Part shown: in pieces, positions 12,150 through 30,479 of the stretch
How the letters are laid out: the number at the start of each line of letters is the position of its first letter
How positions within the stretch are numbered: position 1 is the stretch's first letter
From: Marsupella aquatica
Lineage: Eukaryota; Plantae; Marchantiophyta
DNA length: 64,000 nt
Direction of reading: 5' to 3'
Assembly: GCA_973895155.1 (NCBI GenBank)
Contig: OZ316891.1
Location: 1,231,324-1,295,323, forward strand
The notes under the pieces: generated by a model
Databases searched by the model: none
What the model was told of the DNA's origin: nothing
The model's input: the letters and a program-made list of their open reading frames with translations, nothing else
Translations under genes and position numbers: made by a program

Positions 12150-13330
12150 CCTGACTTTGCAATTGGTGAAGAAACCATGTTGTAGGAGTTGCCAAATTAA
12201 TGAAGACTCTGACTTTTGGGAAGATCCATCCGCCCTACACTCTACCCCATTTCTGTTGCCAAAAAGTAAGAGAGCATTGTTGTCCCCATTGTCTGTGGAG
12301 TTTGGAGATGTAAGGTTCAGCTATCTGTTTTTGCTATGCCCAAACCTGATTCGGGAAGGACCAGCCTAAATTCCTACTAGGCCACTGCCATCTCTACCAA
12401 GTACAATATATGTAGAGTCATGTTTGATGGGGTGCAATACTAGTGAGTTCCCCTAAAAAGCAGCGAATTCAGGCACTCCTACCATTCTGATGCTTCGGAT
12501 TTGGGTCTCTGTCCAACCAGCACCCCTCATTAGACAAGAGATTGCCAAACATTTTAATCCCACTATTAGCAAGAAATCTTCTGAGCTTAACCTGGTGCTC
12601 AGCATGGAGGTCTTTGTCCCTAAATAAAGGATCAGGGTTTGCTCTATGGACAAATGGCTTGGTAGTGTGTACAGCTATTAAAATTGAAATGGAGTCTGGA
12701 GCTCTGCTCCTGCCAACTGCTAAGCAGAGCACAAAAGGTAAAGGACCCTCTGATTTTATGATCGGATGCCAGCAGTAGCCCTTCTAAGCAAGACCACCTC
12801 TCGCGTTCCACAGTACCACCTGTATATATGTAAAGAGTGAACTTAAGAGTTTTTACAAACCGATAAACAAACCTTGAACTTCGGAGTTTCACAGCCAGAG
12901 CAACAATTGCGACTCATGTGTGTGAACAGTGAGTTTGCCATATATAACATATTAAACCAACTGAAGATTCTCTTAGGCAAAGTATTGGCTTTGCTCAAAT
13001 ACTTAGACTCTGTTAGCCAAGCAGTCATGGTTTCTTGGATCTATCCACCTTGACATTAAGTAGTGTTTAGCCACACCGCTCTTCTACACTGGCTTTGGTT
13101 GGTGTCTATTGCAAGGTTACTTAACCCAGTCGATAATACACAAGCCCGCTACCCTTGCCTTTGCCTTGTACCCTTAGTGTTTGGCTTCTTTCAATATCTA
13201 AGCTTTGGTTGATGATCCAAACTCTTCTTCCTTTTAAAGTCTTTGGTTGCTTTTCTGGCAAACTCATGGTTCCCCTCTCTTCTGGGGTTCTCGCTTATGC
13301 AAAAGACACATCATGTGCCACAAAACAGAC
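12150..13330 (-). mobile_element. possible degenerate LINE ORF2 C-terminal fragment
   Basis: Stop-riddled, Trp-rich minus-strand translation (ERERWSCLEGLLLASDHKIRGS..., GWSFPNQVW, WQQKW), like the post-RT region of plant L1 elements. No catalytic motif seen. Confidence 0.35.
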
Positions 13331-14069
13331 AGTTAACATTTATGGTGAAAGAACACTAGGATCTTAAGATATTGCTTTTAACCAAGAATGTCCAAATTAA
13401 TAGAGGTCAAAAGTTTCCCAAATGTTTTCTTATGTTTTAGGGTGTTCAAGCCTCTGAAACATTACACCTGATTGGGGCCTCCATGTAAGGAGACCCCCAA
13501 GTGCCAACAAGAGCTGCATTTATTGCTTTGGTAATGAGACTCTAAAGTTGAAGTTTGTTTATGAGTTTGTAAACACTCATGAGGTCACCCTTCACATTGC
13601 AAATGGTACCATGACTTAAGCTTCCATCAATGCATCTGGGTGACACAAAGTAAAGGGTTCCAAAACACACACCCAAAGTTGATGCTAGAACACAAAGGAA
13701 AATCAATCAGGCCAGAAAGCGCAGCATGCATTGGGGACTTAGACAGGCAATGTATGGGGCCCCAAGAAAACTGGGGACCATTAACTTGACCTACATTGAA
13801 CCTAGATTTTAAAAGGGGGGGTGTTTGAGGCGTCCCAATCATAGCACATCAAAATGGACAGCCAAATATGTATTGAGAAGGAGTGATCTAAACAAACCAA
13901 ATGGGTTTATCATGGTATAGAGTGACATTGTACACCTTGTTGTCACATTTTGATGTACAATCACTGGAGTTTTGAGATCCAACTACAATTAGTTCACTTT
14001 CCATGAGATAAGTGACGAAAAACATACGATTCTCCTTTACATGACGTTCGTTCGGTCACCAATTACCTT

Positions 14070-14169
14070 ACTCAACAACAACAGGGAGAGCATGCGAAGC
14101 TGCTCACAATAAATTGGAACTCAACAACAACAGGCAGAGCATCCGAAGCTGCTCACAAGAAATTGGGAA
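14070..14169. repeat. ~49-bp tandem duplication (2 copies)
   Basis: ACTCAACAACAACAGG.AGAGCAT.CGAAGCTGCTCACAA.AAATTGG is repeated directly. Confidence 0.85.
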
Positions 14170-14899
14170 ATCCTTCGCGAATTTTAAAGAATAACTCCTC
14201 AAATCGTATTCAAACTTCTCGGCAGAGTATGATAGAGAGTACTCGCCTGTCGATCGGATTCATCATCGAGACTCTTCAAGATGAAGCGATCCTTTGCGGG
14301 ACGAATTAAGGAACCACACGAAGATTTGTTGTTAGTACTTTGTACAGTAGGCATTTTGCACGTGAAGGTGACCACCCGACAGCTCCGTGCTGATTACGGT
14401 AGTGCGGATGACATGGCATTGAATGCGACCAAGCAACCCTTTCTCGCTTCGTCAGCCCTCGGTGCCCCTGCCCCAATCTTGTCCAAATTTGACTTTCCGT
14501 GGAACTCAAACCCACCCAGCCATTGATTCTCTGTCGCGGGCTCTCTCACTCGAATAGAGTAGATTATTTTCGGAATGTGGGTGGTGTGCAAGCAACCTTC
14601 CACTCTGTGTCTGACTTGAGATTATTGCGAATGAGGAGCTTTCGAAGTCATCTCTCCCGTCAGATCTCGGGTTGGCCGGTGCTGTGACGCGGATTTGCAG
14701 ATGACGGACCATAGAACTGCAATCGTGCAATATCGACCCCACAAGTTAGGATCTCGTTCTCTATCTTCAGCTTTCTGTGTATCTGTGACACGGAAGGTTA
14801 TCTACTTTTGTTCGATATAGTTCAACGAGAAGGGGATTTAATCATTGGCGCGCGGCTGATCTACAAGTATTAGCACTACAGCTGAGGGAGTCGAGAAGA

Positions 14900-16401
14900 T
14901 TGCAACGAGCTCTTGGCTGGACCAGAAGTGAATTTACGCATATTTTTGGTAAGTCGAAAATCATAACACGAACATCAGCTTTCAGCGCATTCTGTTGCAT
15001 TCTCTTGGTAAAATCTTTTTGCTACTCTGGATGCTTGTTTCCATTAGAAAGAATCCTTGGTCCATTCTGCCGACGGACTTTATCATCTTTGCGTGGGTCA
15101 TTGAGTCTTTCCGAGTTACTATTTGGGAATTTGAGCAACGTGTACATCACGACACGCTTCCTTTCTCTCCCGCTGTAATTCAGCTCTCGCTTCGACGATG
15201 AAGATTGAAATTATGTACAAACAACGAATAATCCTATAATTTCTCCTCATTCACAAAAGAAGCAAACCTTACCTTGGTCCGTGGTGGAATGGACTCCGCT
15301 TGCATTGTGTTCCTTTTCCTTTGAAATGTGTTTCCTTGGACTGCCAATCATCAGACGGTAACCTCCATCCAATTCAATCGACGGGTACAATGCTCATCAA
15401 CAACGAGAGTGACAGCTCGAGCGGGTCGTCATCGTGATCCTGTGCCGCTCTTGGAAATAGTCACCGACCTCTACATGCTGATTTCTTGACTTTAGTCATG
15501 AATCCAAACGAAAACACGGCAGCTCGACGCCGCTCTATAGTGCGAAAGAAACTATTCTGTAAGGGATCATAACCATAGAAACATCACTCTATCCAGAGTT
15601 GACGCTGTTCATGGATTGATCGTCGACCTGTATCTTCTTGTCTCTCGATAATCTCCACTTGTGAAATGGTACGAAAAGCCCTCCGAGGCCATGTGAACAC
15701 TGAGATTCGTCTGTTTCAGAACGTTCAAGCCAAAGACCCAACGAAAGTCAGGTGGGACCAGCAACTCGAAACTTATTTGCTTGCGTCCCGAACTCGTAAT
15801 TTCTGCCGTCAATTGCTGGAATCGACGATCCATATCCACAACTTCAACAGACAGGCAATCTGTACTCCATTTTTTAGTACGAACGAGATGGCTTCTGGTG
15901 CTGCCAAAAGTTACCGCAGAGTCATGATGTCGTGGGCTTCTTTACTGTCTTGCGGGTTTCGCTTATCCCCAGTTTTAGGTCCGAGTTTGACGTCCGAAGC
16001 GGACCCTCCCCCAAATTGAGAGAGACTGCCCACCATTTTCTGTTTTTCTCCTCGAAGGAGATCTTCAGCCGTCAATTCTGGGAATCGATGATCCAGGCTC
16101 AACGATGCTCCGAAGGTTCTCGCATAATAAATTAAAAAGACATTTCTGGAGATAGAGAAGATGATGTGGAACCGCGGAGTCGTTAGTTTAGGGCGGAGCG
16201 TAAGTTAAAAGTTTGGTGGGACCTCCAGGATTGGGACTTACTTATAGTGCACTCTGGAAGTGAGATTTGGCTTTCCTTTGTTGGTCATTCAGCTCGCGTT
16301 TTTGTCACGTATTTCCGGAACTCCATCCGCATTTTGTTGAAAAGTTCGGCTCGGCTCAACACTGTGTCTGCATCAGCATCACCTAACTCCGACTTTGTCA
16401 T
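14900..16401 (-). pseudogene. possible degenerate multi-exon gene of unknown family, divergent from citrate synthase
   Basis: Exon-like minus-strand blocks end in GT donors (e.g. ~16240 GTAAGT, ~15913 GTAACT, ~15272 GTAAGG) and give protein-like peptides, including duplicated LDHRFPELTAE / MDRRFQQLTAE. In-frame stops are present. Confidence 0.25.
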
Positions 16402-17294
16402 CGCACTCCGTCCTCCTCCTCCTTTGAGCAGGACTCGATTTGAATAATTGTGACTTCTTCTGCACATCGAGCCCCGGATTGCGATGTGCAATTTCTTTTT
16501 CCCTCTTGATTGATCGGCCCTCTCCTCCACATCGCTATGCGCACACGGTGAAACGTTTGCAGGACAAAGCTGGTGAAAGCAAGGAATAAACTGTACTGTG
16601 CCTGAGAATTGGCAGGTGGATCCCTTCAAGATAAAAAATAGAGGTATAGCTTTTGGCTGATGCGGATGCGGATGCGGATGCTTGTATTGCCTGTTCTTCG
16701 CCTCTGTAGTTCGTCACGACGAATCTCTTATTACGGGCGGTTAAATTGCATGTTTTATATAGATGTTGTCGAACATTGTCTCATTTTTCCGCGTTGTCTG
16801 CAACCCTGGGTGTCTGCAATTAATGTGCTACTGTACTCTATTTTCACCCCTTGCAACATGAACTTCCCCTTATCTAACGAATTTTGAGGTTGTGGCTCGT
16901 GTCTAGGCTCGTCTCAATGTGTCGAAGAGCGAATTGAACTGAATTGAATCGAACTCATGTTAACTAAAGTGAGTGTGAGGAATCCGTCAATGAATGAATG
17001 AAAACCTGGGCTACCGGTGTGCAGGACTTCCGAAAGGCAAGCGCCAATAGAAAATGTGAGAGAGAATTAGATAGGGTTCTTGATTGGAACGAAGCCGAAG
17101 AGACACGACACCGATAAGCACTCTAAAATTGAGCGAGGAATTTTAGCGTTGTCTTTTGGAGATGTTGTTTTATTTAAATTAGTTGTTTTGCTGCAGCCGA
17201 TCAACTCCTGCTGGATCCGCAAGATTTTCCTCGTGGAATTGATTGCGAGTGAGTGAAAGAGGCTCGTTTGGGAGCTGAGTTCTAAGTGAAGTTC

Positions 17295-22712
<5,418 letters not shown>

Positions 22713-25566
22713 GGACTTGTGACCTTTGAAACTTGTTCCATACACACGTGTCTCAAAGACCTGGAACTGTGTACAGGCGGGATTTGATATCTTTCAAATT
22801 CATTTTAGACAGACTGTTGGCTAGATTTGATCATGTGTACAGGGTAAATTAAAATTATCAAAGGCCTCAGGATAATCTACTGAACTGACACGCCTTTTCG
22901 TAGTGGAAGAGAAGGCTTTGCAGGCCTAGAGAATTAAGGGAAGAATTTTGGTCTAGTAATGAGTTGGTTTCTGGCGAAAGCTGGGTAGAGACCTCTCATC
23001 AGTTTCACCGATTTTAGTAGTGGAAACCTGCAACACCGGATCTTGTTTTTTAGTCCTCCAAACCAGGACAAATTAGAAGCGTGGGATCTTTCCAGGTGAA
23101 TGGCCGTGTAGTCATGATACGACAATTTAAGGAGGGTCGGAGGACCGCAGAGGTCCCCAAAGATGCCTTCCAGGTCGTTGGAAAGAGACACACAGTCATG
23201 CGCACGCACATGCTGGCAAATAATATAAAGAATTTCTTACCAGGGCCCGTTATGCTCTACTTAGTTTGACTTCATCGGCAGTATGGAATGATCCCTTAAT
23301 CACTCAAATCAAGCAAATGGACCAGATATATACTGTAGCATCGTCATTCAGTTTTTGTTTTCTTCCTTTTGTAACATGCTGCAGTTTGGTAGGGACGCAC
23401 GAACATGCTTGTAGTGATCCATTAATTACTGTTGCACTATCTCATAGAAGAGATTGTTTGGGAAAAGGCTTCTGTTTTTGTTTTGTAGTGATCCATCAGT
23501 TACTTTTGCAGTATCTTACACAAAAGATTGTTAGGGGAAAAGGTATGAAAATCTTAGAAACAATTATTAGTGACTTGGAAAAGGCATGGGAAAATATAGA
23601 AATAATTAGTGTGACTTGAGAAAGGAATGTCCTAGAGGTTCAGCACAGTTGACAATATCAATGTACATGAATGCATAATCTCATTCAACTAAGGAGGCTG
23701 TTGCCGGCTGCCCACGGTCATTGCTTGACCTTGATATTGATATCATACTATATGCAAATGATGCTAGATGTGGAACAGATATTTGATTACTGGTAGAGTA
23801 ATAGAGCTAGGACATGTAGGAGTTAATTCCAAATTCACAAAAAAAATACAAAATGGTAAACCCCAATACAACATATTTCAACTTTAAAAAGTTTAAAACA
23901 AATTAGCACTTGAACAGGTCAGGTGGGTTAGCCATAGCCATATAAGAGTGCTAAAATATAGCAAGACTTTGTTCTTAAGGGTGGAGAAAGCCACCAGAGA
24001 ATAGACCCCCAAACCTCCAAAAGGTCCAACAAAGTCTCCTTCCCCAACCAAGGCCACTCAGCTTCACAGGAGAATTTGAGACTGCTGGGGACAACACCAT
24101 TAGGCCCCTCTATTTTGGGGAATTGGCTAGGGCAAAGCTAATTGTGGGAAGAGGAAGTTCCACACTAAGGGGATCAATGTTGGTACGAGGAAGCGAAATG
24201 GAGGAGGAAGAAATGCAGGACAGCAGCACAATTACACATTGAGGGGAGTTCAGGGTTTGACTTTTAAAAAATTCCCTCCCAATTGAAGAACACACCCCCT
24301 TCAAAACTTGCATGCAAATGGAACGTTGTCAGATAAATGTGTAGGGTAACCCATCCCCAAGAGGGGATTATGGGATGTAATCCTAGAGGGCGCTGAACCC
24401 AAGGGGGTTACAGCCATTATCCACAAGTAAGAATGAGTTATCGAGCATAAAGCCTGAGTGAAGTTTTGAACCAGTTCAGTTTTACAGAACAAAAGCCTCA
24501 TCCGTCACTGTGCCATTTGCACGTTAATTACTCATTCTCTAGCTTCACAGGGGGAATGTCTCATAACCTTGTACACACATACAAAGGAAAAAATTCACTA
24601 GGGGTTTACAAGTAGAGTATCCCTGCCTACCATTTGTTGGACGTGTGTTTAATGCCTCTGTCTATCTATTTCCATACAGAGTATTTTGGGTTAAGATACT
24701 TTGTACAATGATTGTCCCTGTGCCCAATGCTCATCTAACACTTGTCACCATGTTTCTAAGATGAAAATCATTCTTTGCACAAAAGGCTTGACAAGCTGCC
24801 ATGTGGCCCAACCTAGTTAGAGTAGGGCCTTGCTCCATTTCCATGTGCCCTTCAGAGGGAAAATCCATGTGCTTGAACAAAGCTAAAGTGTACACCTTTA
24901 TTAGGTGGTTGCTAGGACCCTAGGGGCTATCAGATTCATGCATGGAGGATGTGAATGATTATTTTTATGTCTTTCCACATAATATCAAGCCCACGAGTAT
25001 TTTCTGGGATTCCATATTTTAACTTAAAAAACAAGACACACCCTTAAATCAGTGTTTCCATGAAGATGCATGAAATATATTTGAAATCTGAATATTTTCT
25101 CGTTATCTTGTTTTCACAAAAGATATCTAATTGCTTTTTCCTGGAGAGCTCAATTCCAATATAATTATTAATTTGGCCAAACATGGTTGTCCCATTTTTG
25201 GCTTGGAGACAAGGGTGCCCAAGAGGATACTCTTGTGACCCTTAGTTTGCTGACTCTTTATCTATTTTGGAATGTTACTGTATTTAGGGTGGCTTTACAA
25301 AGAAGTTGGGGGCACTTCCAACTTTCTTTTGGGTATCTAAGATGTGATCAGGGCCATCCATCGGGGACAAACAGCTCCTGTTCACTTTCCAAAACATTGT
25401 TTGCAGATCCTACATAGAATGGAGTGGGGCCCAATTTTTGCTTGTATGGAGCATATTTCTGTCCCAGATTTTAGACCACCTCAGTTGGAGGTCTATTCAT
25501 TTGGTTGTTTGGTCCATTCTGTGAGTCATTTGCAATAAAAATGGACCCACAAGTCTTACATCAGAT

Positions 25567-25646
25567 ATTCTTGTGTCACAACTAGAAGGACCAAGCCAAA
25601 GAACTATTCTTGTGTCACAACTAGAAGGACTCAAGCCAAAGAACTA
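25567..25646. repeat. 39/40-bp tandem duplication
   Basis: TATTCTTGTGTCACAACTAGAAGGAC(T)CAAGCCAAAGAAC occurs twice in tandem. Confidence 0.85.
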
Positions 25647-28600
25647 CTGACCTGACTTTAAGGTGAAGTGGTTCCCCAATTTGTCTCTTAGCAAAATAGC
25701 CTAGTACCACTTGCTGCAGTTAACTTTACAACGGGGTTTACAAGCAATGGGGGCATGAAAGGGTTCCAAAGACTCTTTTAGCGCTGGTACACTATCTTGA
25801 ATATCTCAATCTCAAATTGTACCCCAGTTCCCTTTGGTAAAAAAAGTATGCAAGTGCACCCATATCTTGTAAAGCCAACATTATTAAGGTGATTTTGAGT
25901 TGCAGGAATCAAGTGCTATCAAAACCCAAAAGATGTGGTGAAGCTTTCTGATAGCAGTCCTGAGAAACTAGGCCAGGAGCATAAGAGTCCTATTCCATCA
26001 GCCCTCAGGGCTGGCCATCTGCGATCACATTCAAATCTCCACACTTCTTGGAAACAACCTCAGTTGTCAATGACTTCAGGGTGACCCTCAAGTTCAACTT
26101 TGGGGTGGATGGCTGGTCGGCCCTTCCACTTTGCTTTCATGGCCCTTGTGTAGACTGGTTCATTTGGTTAACGGACATTCTGACCAACAATTGCCATTTT
26201 GCGTTGGTATCGATGACAGCAATTTACATGGAACAGGTTGATGGCAAGAAACTACACAGCGCTAGCGCCCGTTTTGCTGAGATTTCTTCCTTCATCAATA
26301 TCTCGAACATGGAGACAGATGGGCAAAGTATTTTCCAGTGTAGACAAGCATTATGTCATGGATAACAAAAAGCAAATATTGCCTAGAGATGCATGATTTT
26401 GTGGTAGCTCACTTGAGTAGAGACTGATAGGTCTTGGGTTCAACTATTGTGGCTGGCTCTTCCCTTTTTGTGGGGCTTCAAAGATTTCCCCTTTAATTTT
26501 TTTAATTTTTTTTAAAACAAACATCCCACAGCACATCATCCTCTTTTACTGTCTTTCCTGCAATGTGCGTGTCCTTGTGTTCCTTTGTCTCTCTTTGTTT
26601 AGTCCTCAAGATTGGTTTCATGCAAGCACAAGAAGTATACTTGACTCATGTGTGATCCTTGTATGTAGGAATGTTCACTCGCGAATTCAATTTTGTGCTT
26701 CTATGTGACTTCCATAGAATGCCTTCAAGCTTAAAGTTGTTTCCAACAAGCTTGATCCTCTTCAGCCTCTGTTAGTATAGAGTTGAGTGCTAGCTCAGTC
26801 AGGTGAGGGTAGGGCTCGTGCTTCAGTTTAAAGAGATACCACAAATTCTGGTCACAAAATAAGTGGGTCCTCCTCATATAATTCAGTAAGCTCATTGACA
26901 TCCAACCCATGAAGCACTCTAGGAAGACAACCTGGAGAATGCCTGTACAAACAATTTTCTTTTTGTCAGTGCAAACAGTCGTATTTTTGTCACCTTCCGC
27001 CACCTCCTCCAGCAAATCAAAGCAACACAAAAATAGCAGGGGTGAGGGCAGCTGCAGGTGGAGGACAATGCACCAGCAACATCTAATCAAGCAATCAAAA
27101 TTCTTCCTGTGGTCTCTAATCTCTCTTCTCCAATTGAGGACCTTCCTTGATTCCTTCATTCTTCCACTTTTCTTCAATTGGCGGACTCTTCTTCGTTGTT
27201 GTACAAGAGAAGTGGTGATTGAATAATCTGCCAACTACACTTTCAAGTGGGGAGAGAGTAAAATGAGTGAGTCCTTGGAGCTATTGAACACGCAAACCAG
27301 ATGAGCTCCTGTCGAAGGAGCTGGTGTTGAGTATGCATTACACTTAGTAACAGAAATGCTCCCCTTTGCACACAATCATGCAACCCCCTCACACCGTCGT
27401 TCAACACCTAGTCACAGTTAGTCGATAATCACCCTGATCAAATGAGAAAGTGACCTGCGGGGGCGCCATGGAATAATCCTGGACTTGCCCTCAAACCCAA
27501 TTTGGGGTGACAACATTTTGAGGGTGAGAGCCGCCTTGAAGGCCGATGGAATAGTACTCTAAGCGCTCTGACAAAATTGATTGAGAGGAGTATTTTACAC
27601 AGAATCCACCAACTATGAAAGGATGTGGAAGACCAGCAATTAATACCAGTGAGGGCATTGGTGGAAGCAATAAGCTTGATAACCAGTTTTAAACTATACC
27701 ATCAATATCATGACCAACTTACATGCAATTAAGTCCTGGTAAAATTCACATCTAAAACTGACATTGACATACATATTTAAAATAACACTAAGAAATTTGG
27801 GTTTATTATGGTATGGAGTGACGTAGTAGAGCATATTTTGCCACATTTTGATGTGCAATTGCCAAGATGCCCAGTTAAGGTTCCCAAGATTTGTTGGGCT
27901 CCCGTATGTTGCTTGTCCCAATCCTCAATGCAATCTGCCCAGTCCAGCCTGATCAGGTTGTTTTTGTTCTAGCAGCTAGACACCCCAATCAGTCGACAGA
28001 CGCAAAGCTATGTTTGATTTGAAATCCAGGGAGGGGAGGCTAAATGTACACTGCTGCCTATCTCATCATTGTAGGATAGGAGCCATTTGCAACCACATTT
28101 CGCCTGTCAAGGTTTAGGGTTGCATCTGGTGTTCTGCTGCACATTCCTTTGCAACCTTCAGGAGGAGCTCGTGTTTCGGTGATGTTCAAGCTTTGCAACC
28201 TTGTTGCACTTGACCTGCATTTTCTGGGTGAGGTTGGGGAGGAGAGATACATCACATTTTTTGAAGCGGTTCATGGATTTCTGTCGGGAAGGGGATGGTT
28301 TTTTTGAAGGGATAGACAGTGTTGAAAGCTAGATCAAATGAACCTTAACTGGGAAATTGTCCTGATAGAACGTGAGAAAATGAATGCTTGGAGCACGTTC
28401 TATGAGGACACACTAGCTAACAATTAACATATGAAGAGACATTACTCATGAGTCTTGCATTCAAACGTTTTTTGAAATCCATGGTCATCACAGTCTCAGC
28501 CGGCCCTAAACCATGCGGTGAAGATGACAGTCACATTGCTTGCCCTCACAGTTTGGGTAGACTATAGTTGCAGTACACTGTGATGCCATGGTCCCAATAG

Positions 28601-28892
28601 TAGAGAATACAGGGAATACATGTACTTTCTGTACAAAAGGGCAAAAGGGGGTAGTTTGGGTAAGAAATAAACTTTGGGGGTTGATTAGGGCACAAAGGGT
28701 CAGATGGGGGTTGATTAAGCATATATCTCACCCCATTCCCAAGAATCTAATGGTATTCCCTAAATCTAGTGATATCTGACCCTCAAGATATAGAAAATTG
28801 ATAAAGAATCTTCCTAGCATCTTCTCCGTTAGAGCTGGCAAACATTCGCCACACTGGCTAAAAACAAAAAACCTTCAAAAATAGGCTGCCCG

Positions 28893-29281
28893 GTACCCAA
28901 TTAGAAACCCCATACCCAATTGGAAACCTCATACCCAATTAGGAACCCCGTACCCAATGAGGAACTTCCTACCAGGGTTTTTTTTAGTGGCAAAAATTTG
29001 CTAGATTCCAACTCCCCAAAAATCATTCGCCACTTTTGGCTAAAATTCGCTACTTTTTTGCTGTCTCTTTAGCCAGTGTTCCACCTAATCCCAGGCCCAA
29101 TTAGCCAGAATCTAACGGCCCGCCTTAAATCTAGGGAGATCTGACGGTCAGGAAAATAATTGAATACAGAATCTTCTGAGCATCTTCTCCTTGACACACT
29201 TTACATTCGCCACCTTGGCGAAAAAGTGAAATCCTTAAAAAATACACTGCTTCGTACCCAATGAGGAACTCCGTACCCAAG
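28893..29281. repeat. 19-bp minisatellite (RTACCCAATKAGGAACYYC), ~6 copies, interrupted by a hAT MITE
   Basis: Four units at 28893-28968 precede the insertion and two follow it (29254-29281). Confidence 0.8.
28973..29249. mobile_element. hAT-type non-autonomous MITE, 277 bp (copy 1)
   Basis: TIRs CAGGGTTTTTTTTA / TAAAAAATACACTG. 8-bp TSD CTTCCTAC / CTTCGTAC (7/8). A near-identical copy lies at 47691-47967. Confidence 0.9.
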
Positions 29282-30479
29282 GTCGAGCTCGCAAAGTTTT
29301 GCCGACGGAATTGCCTGATTCGGGCGCACAAACGAATTTATGGTTGGCTTCTTTGAGGCTTCGTCGAGAGAGGGAAAGGACCGGTGGTCGGGCCTCGGGA
29401 AGGAGCTACGTCCATATGTGATCGGATGTGGATGATTCGTTGTACAGTGCTACGGATTCTACTGATGTGCAGAGTAGTTGAGTTTTAGGAAGTGTTCGGC
29501 GCGGCTAAATTCTTGGAACGTTTCCCAAATTGCCGAGGAAGAAAACTACGGCTTGACATATTACAATTTGGTTCATCTTTTCGCCGGTTGTGATTCGTTT
29601 GCCACCGCTTTGCTCAGCAGTTTGGGAAAGCACTTGGGGCGGGGAGCTGTACGTCCGTGGTTCAGGGATTGTGCGTTGAATGCTGTCGATGTGCATGACG
29701 GTTGAAGTTCTCTAGCCTTGCGGTGGTTGTGCGTTGCGTACAGGGTATTCATAGCGGTTGAAACTTTCCAGCGTTTGTACGGTGATTGTGTATTGCGTTC
29801 GATTCGCTCCACAATTTGTGGATTCTGCGTCATTTATCGCGTCCGGACTGAGGAGCATTGGATCTAGAAGCCTAAGAGAAACGGAGCCGGGGAGGGAATC
29901 CAGGAGGGAGGGGTCGTAACAAAATTGAGCGTTTCATCATTCTGAGACTGTCGATTAATTTTGTTCCAGATCAAGCTTTGCGACCAAAGCGGGAGCCCAC
30001 TCATCAAATCGTTCAATTCTCGGACGTCGTTACGGAAAGGGAGTACTGTATTCCGAGGCGCGCCCACCGGCCTCCTTCGCCTCTGCCTGTGTACTCTACG
30101 GAAACCATAGAAGCAGCTACGTACGAGGTGCGGGTTTTTACAATAATCAGCTTCGAAAAGTTGAGGACGGCGTGATGTGCATGCTTTTGAACCGGATTGT
30201 CCTCTTTTTGACCAGCATCATGACTTTAGTCGAGGTTATGGAGCATCAAAGCGAAAATCTCATACGTAGTACATTGTATGTGAGTTAACATTTGTTGAAG
30301 GCTGCGGCCAATTGATAGGGTTTGGAAGAGTTCGGTGCCCCCGGGAGTCCGAAAAGGACTAAGAGCAATCGTACTTTCTTTCATATCGAAGGAGACTCCC
30401 AAGAAGTCTTTCTGTGACTTTGAAGAACATAACACATCACTTCAGGTGTCTTGCTCAGTAATTCTTGAGGATTCCCGCA

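Noticed and set aside
26400-26450. tRNA/SINE-like A box (TAGCTCACTTGAG) and B box (GGGTTCAACT)
   Set aside because: No cloverleaf, the boxes are degenerate, and there is no tail, TSD or second copy in the window.
23900-27300. Stop-riddled coding-like sequence, including a 167-aa minus-strand ORF
   Set aside because: Probably decayed TE, but no transposase, RT or integrase motif could be identified, so no call was made.
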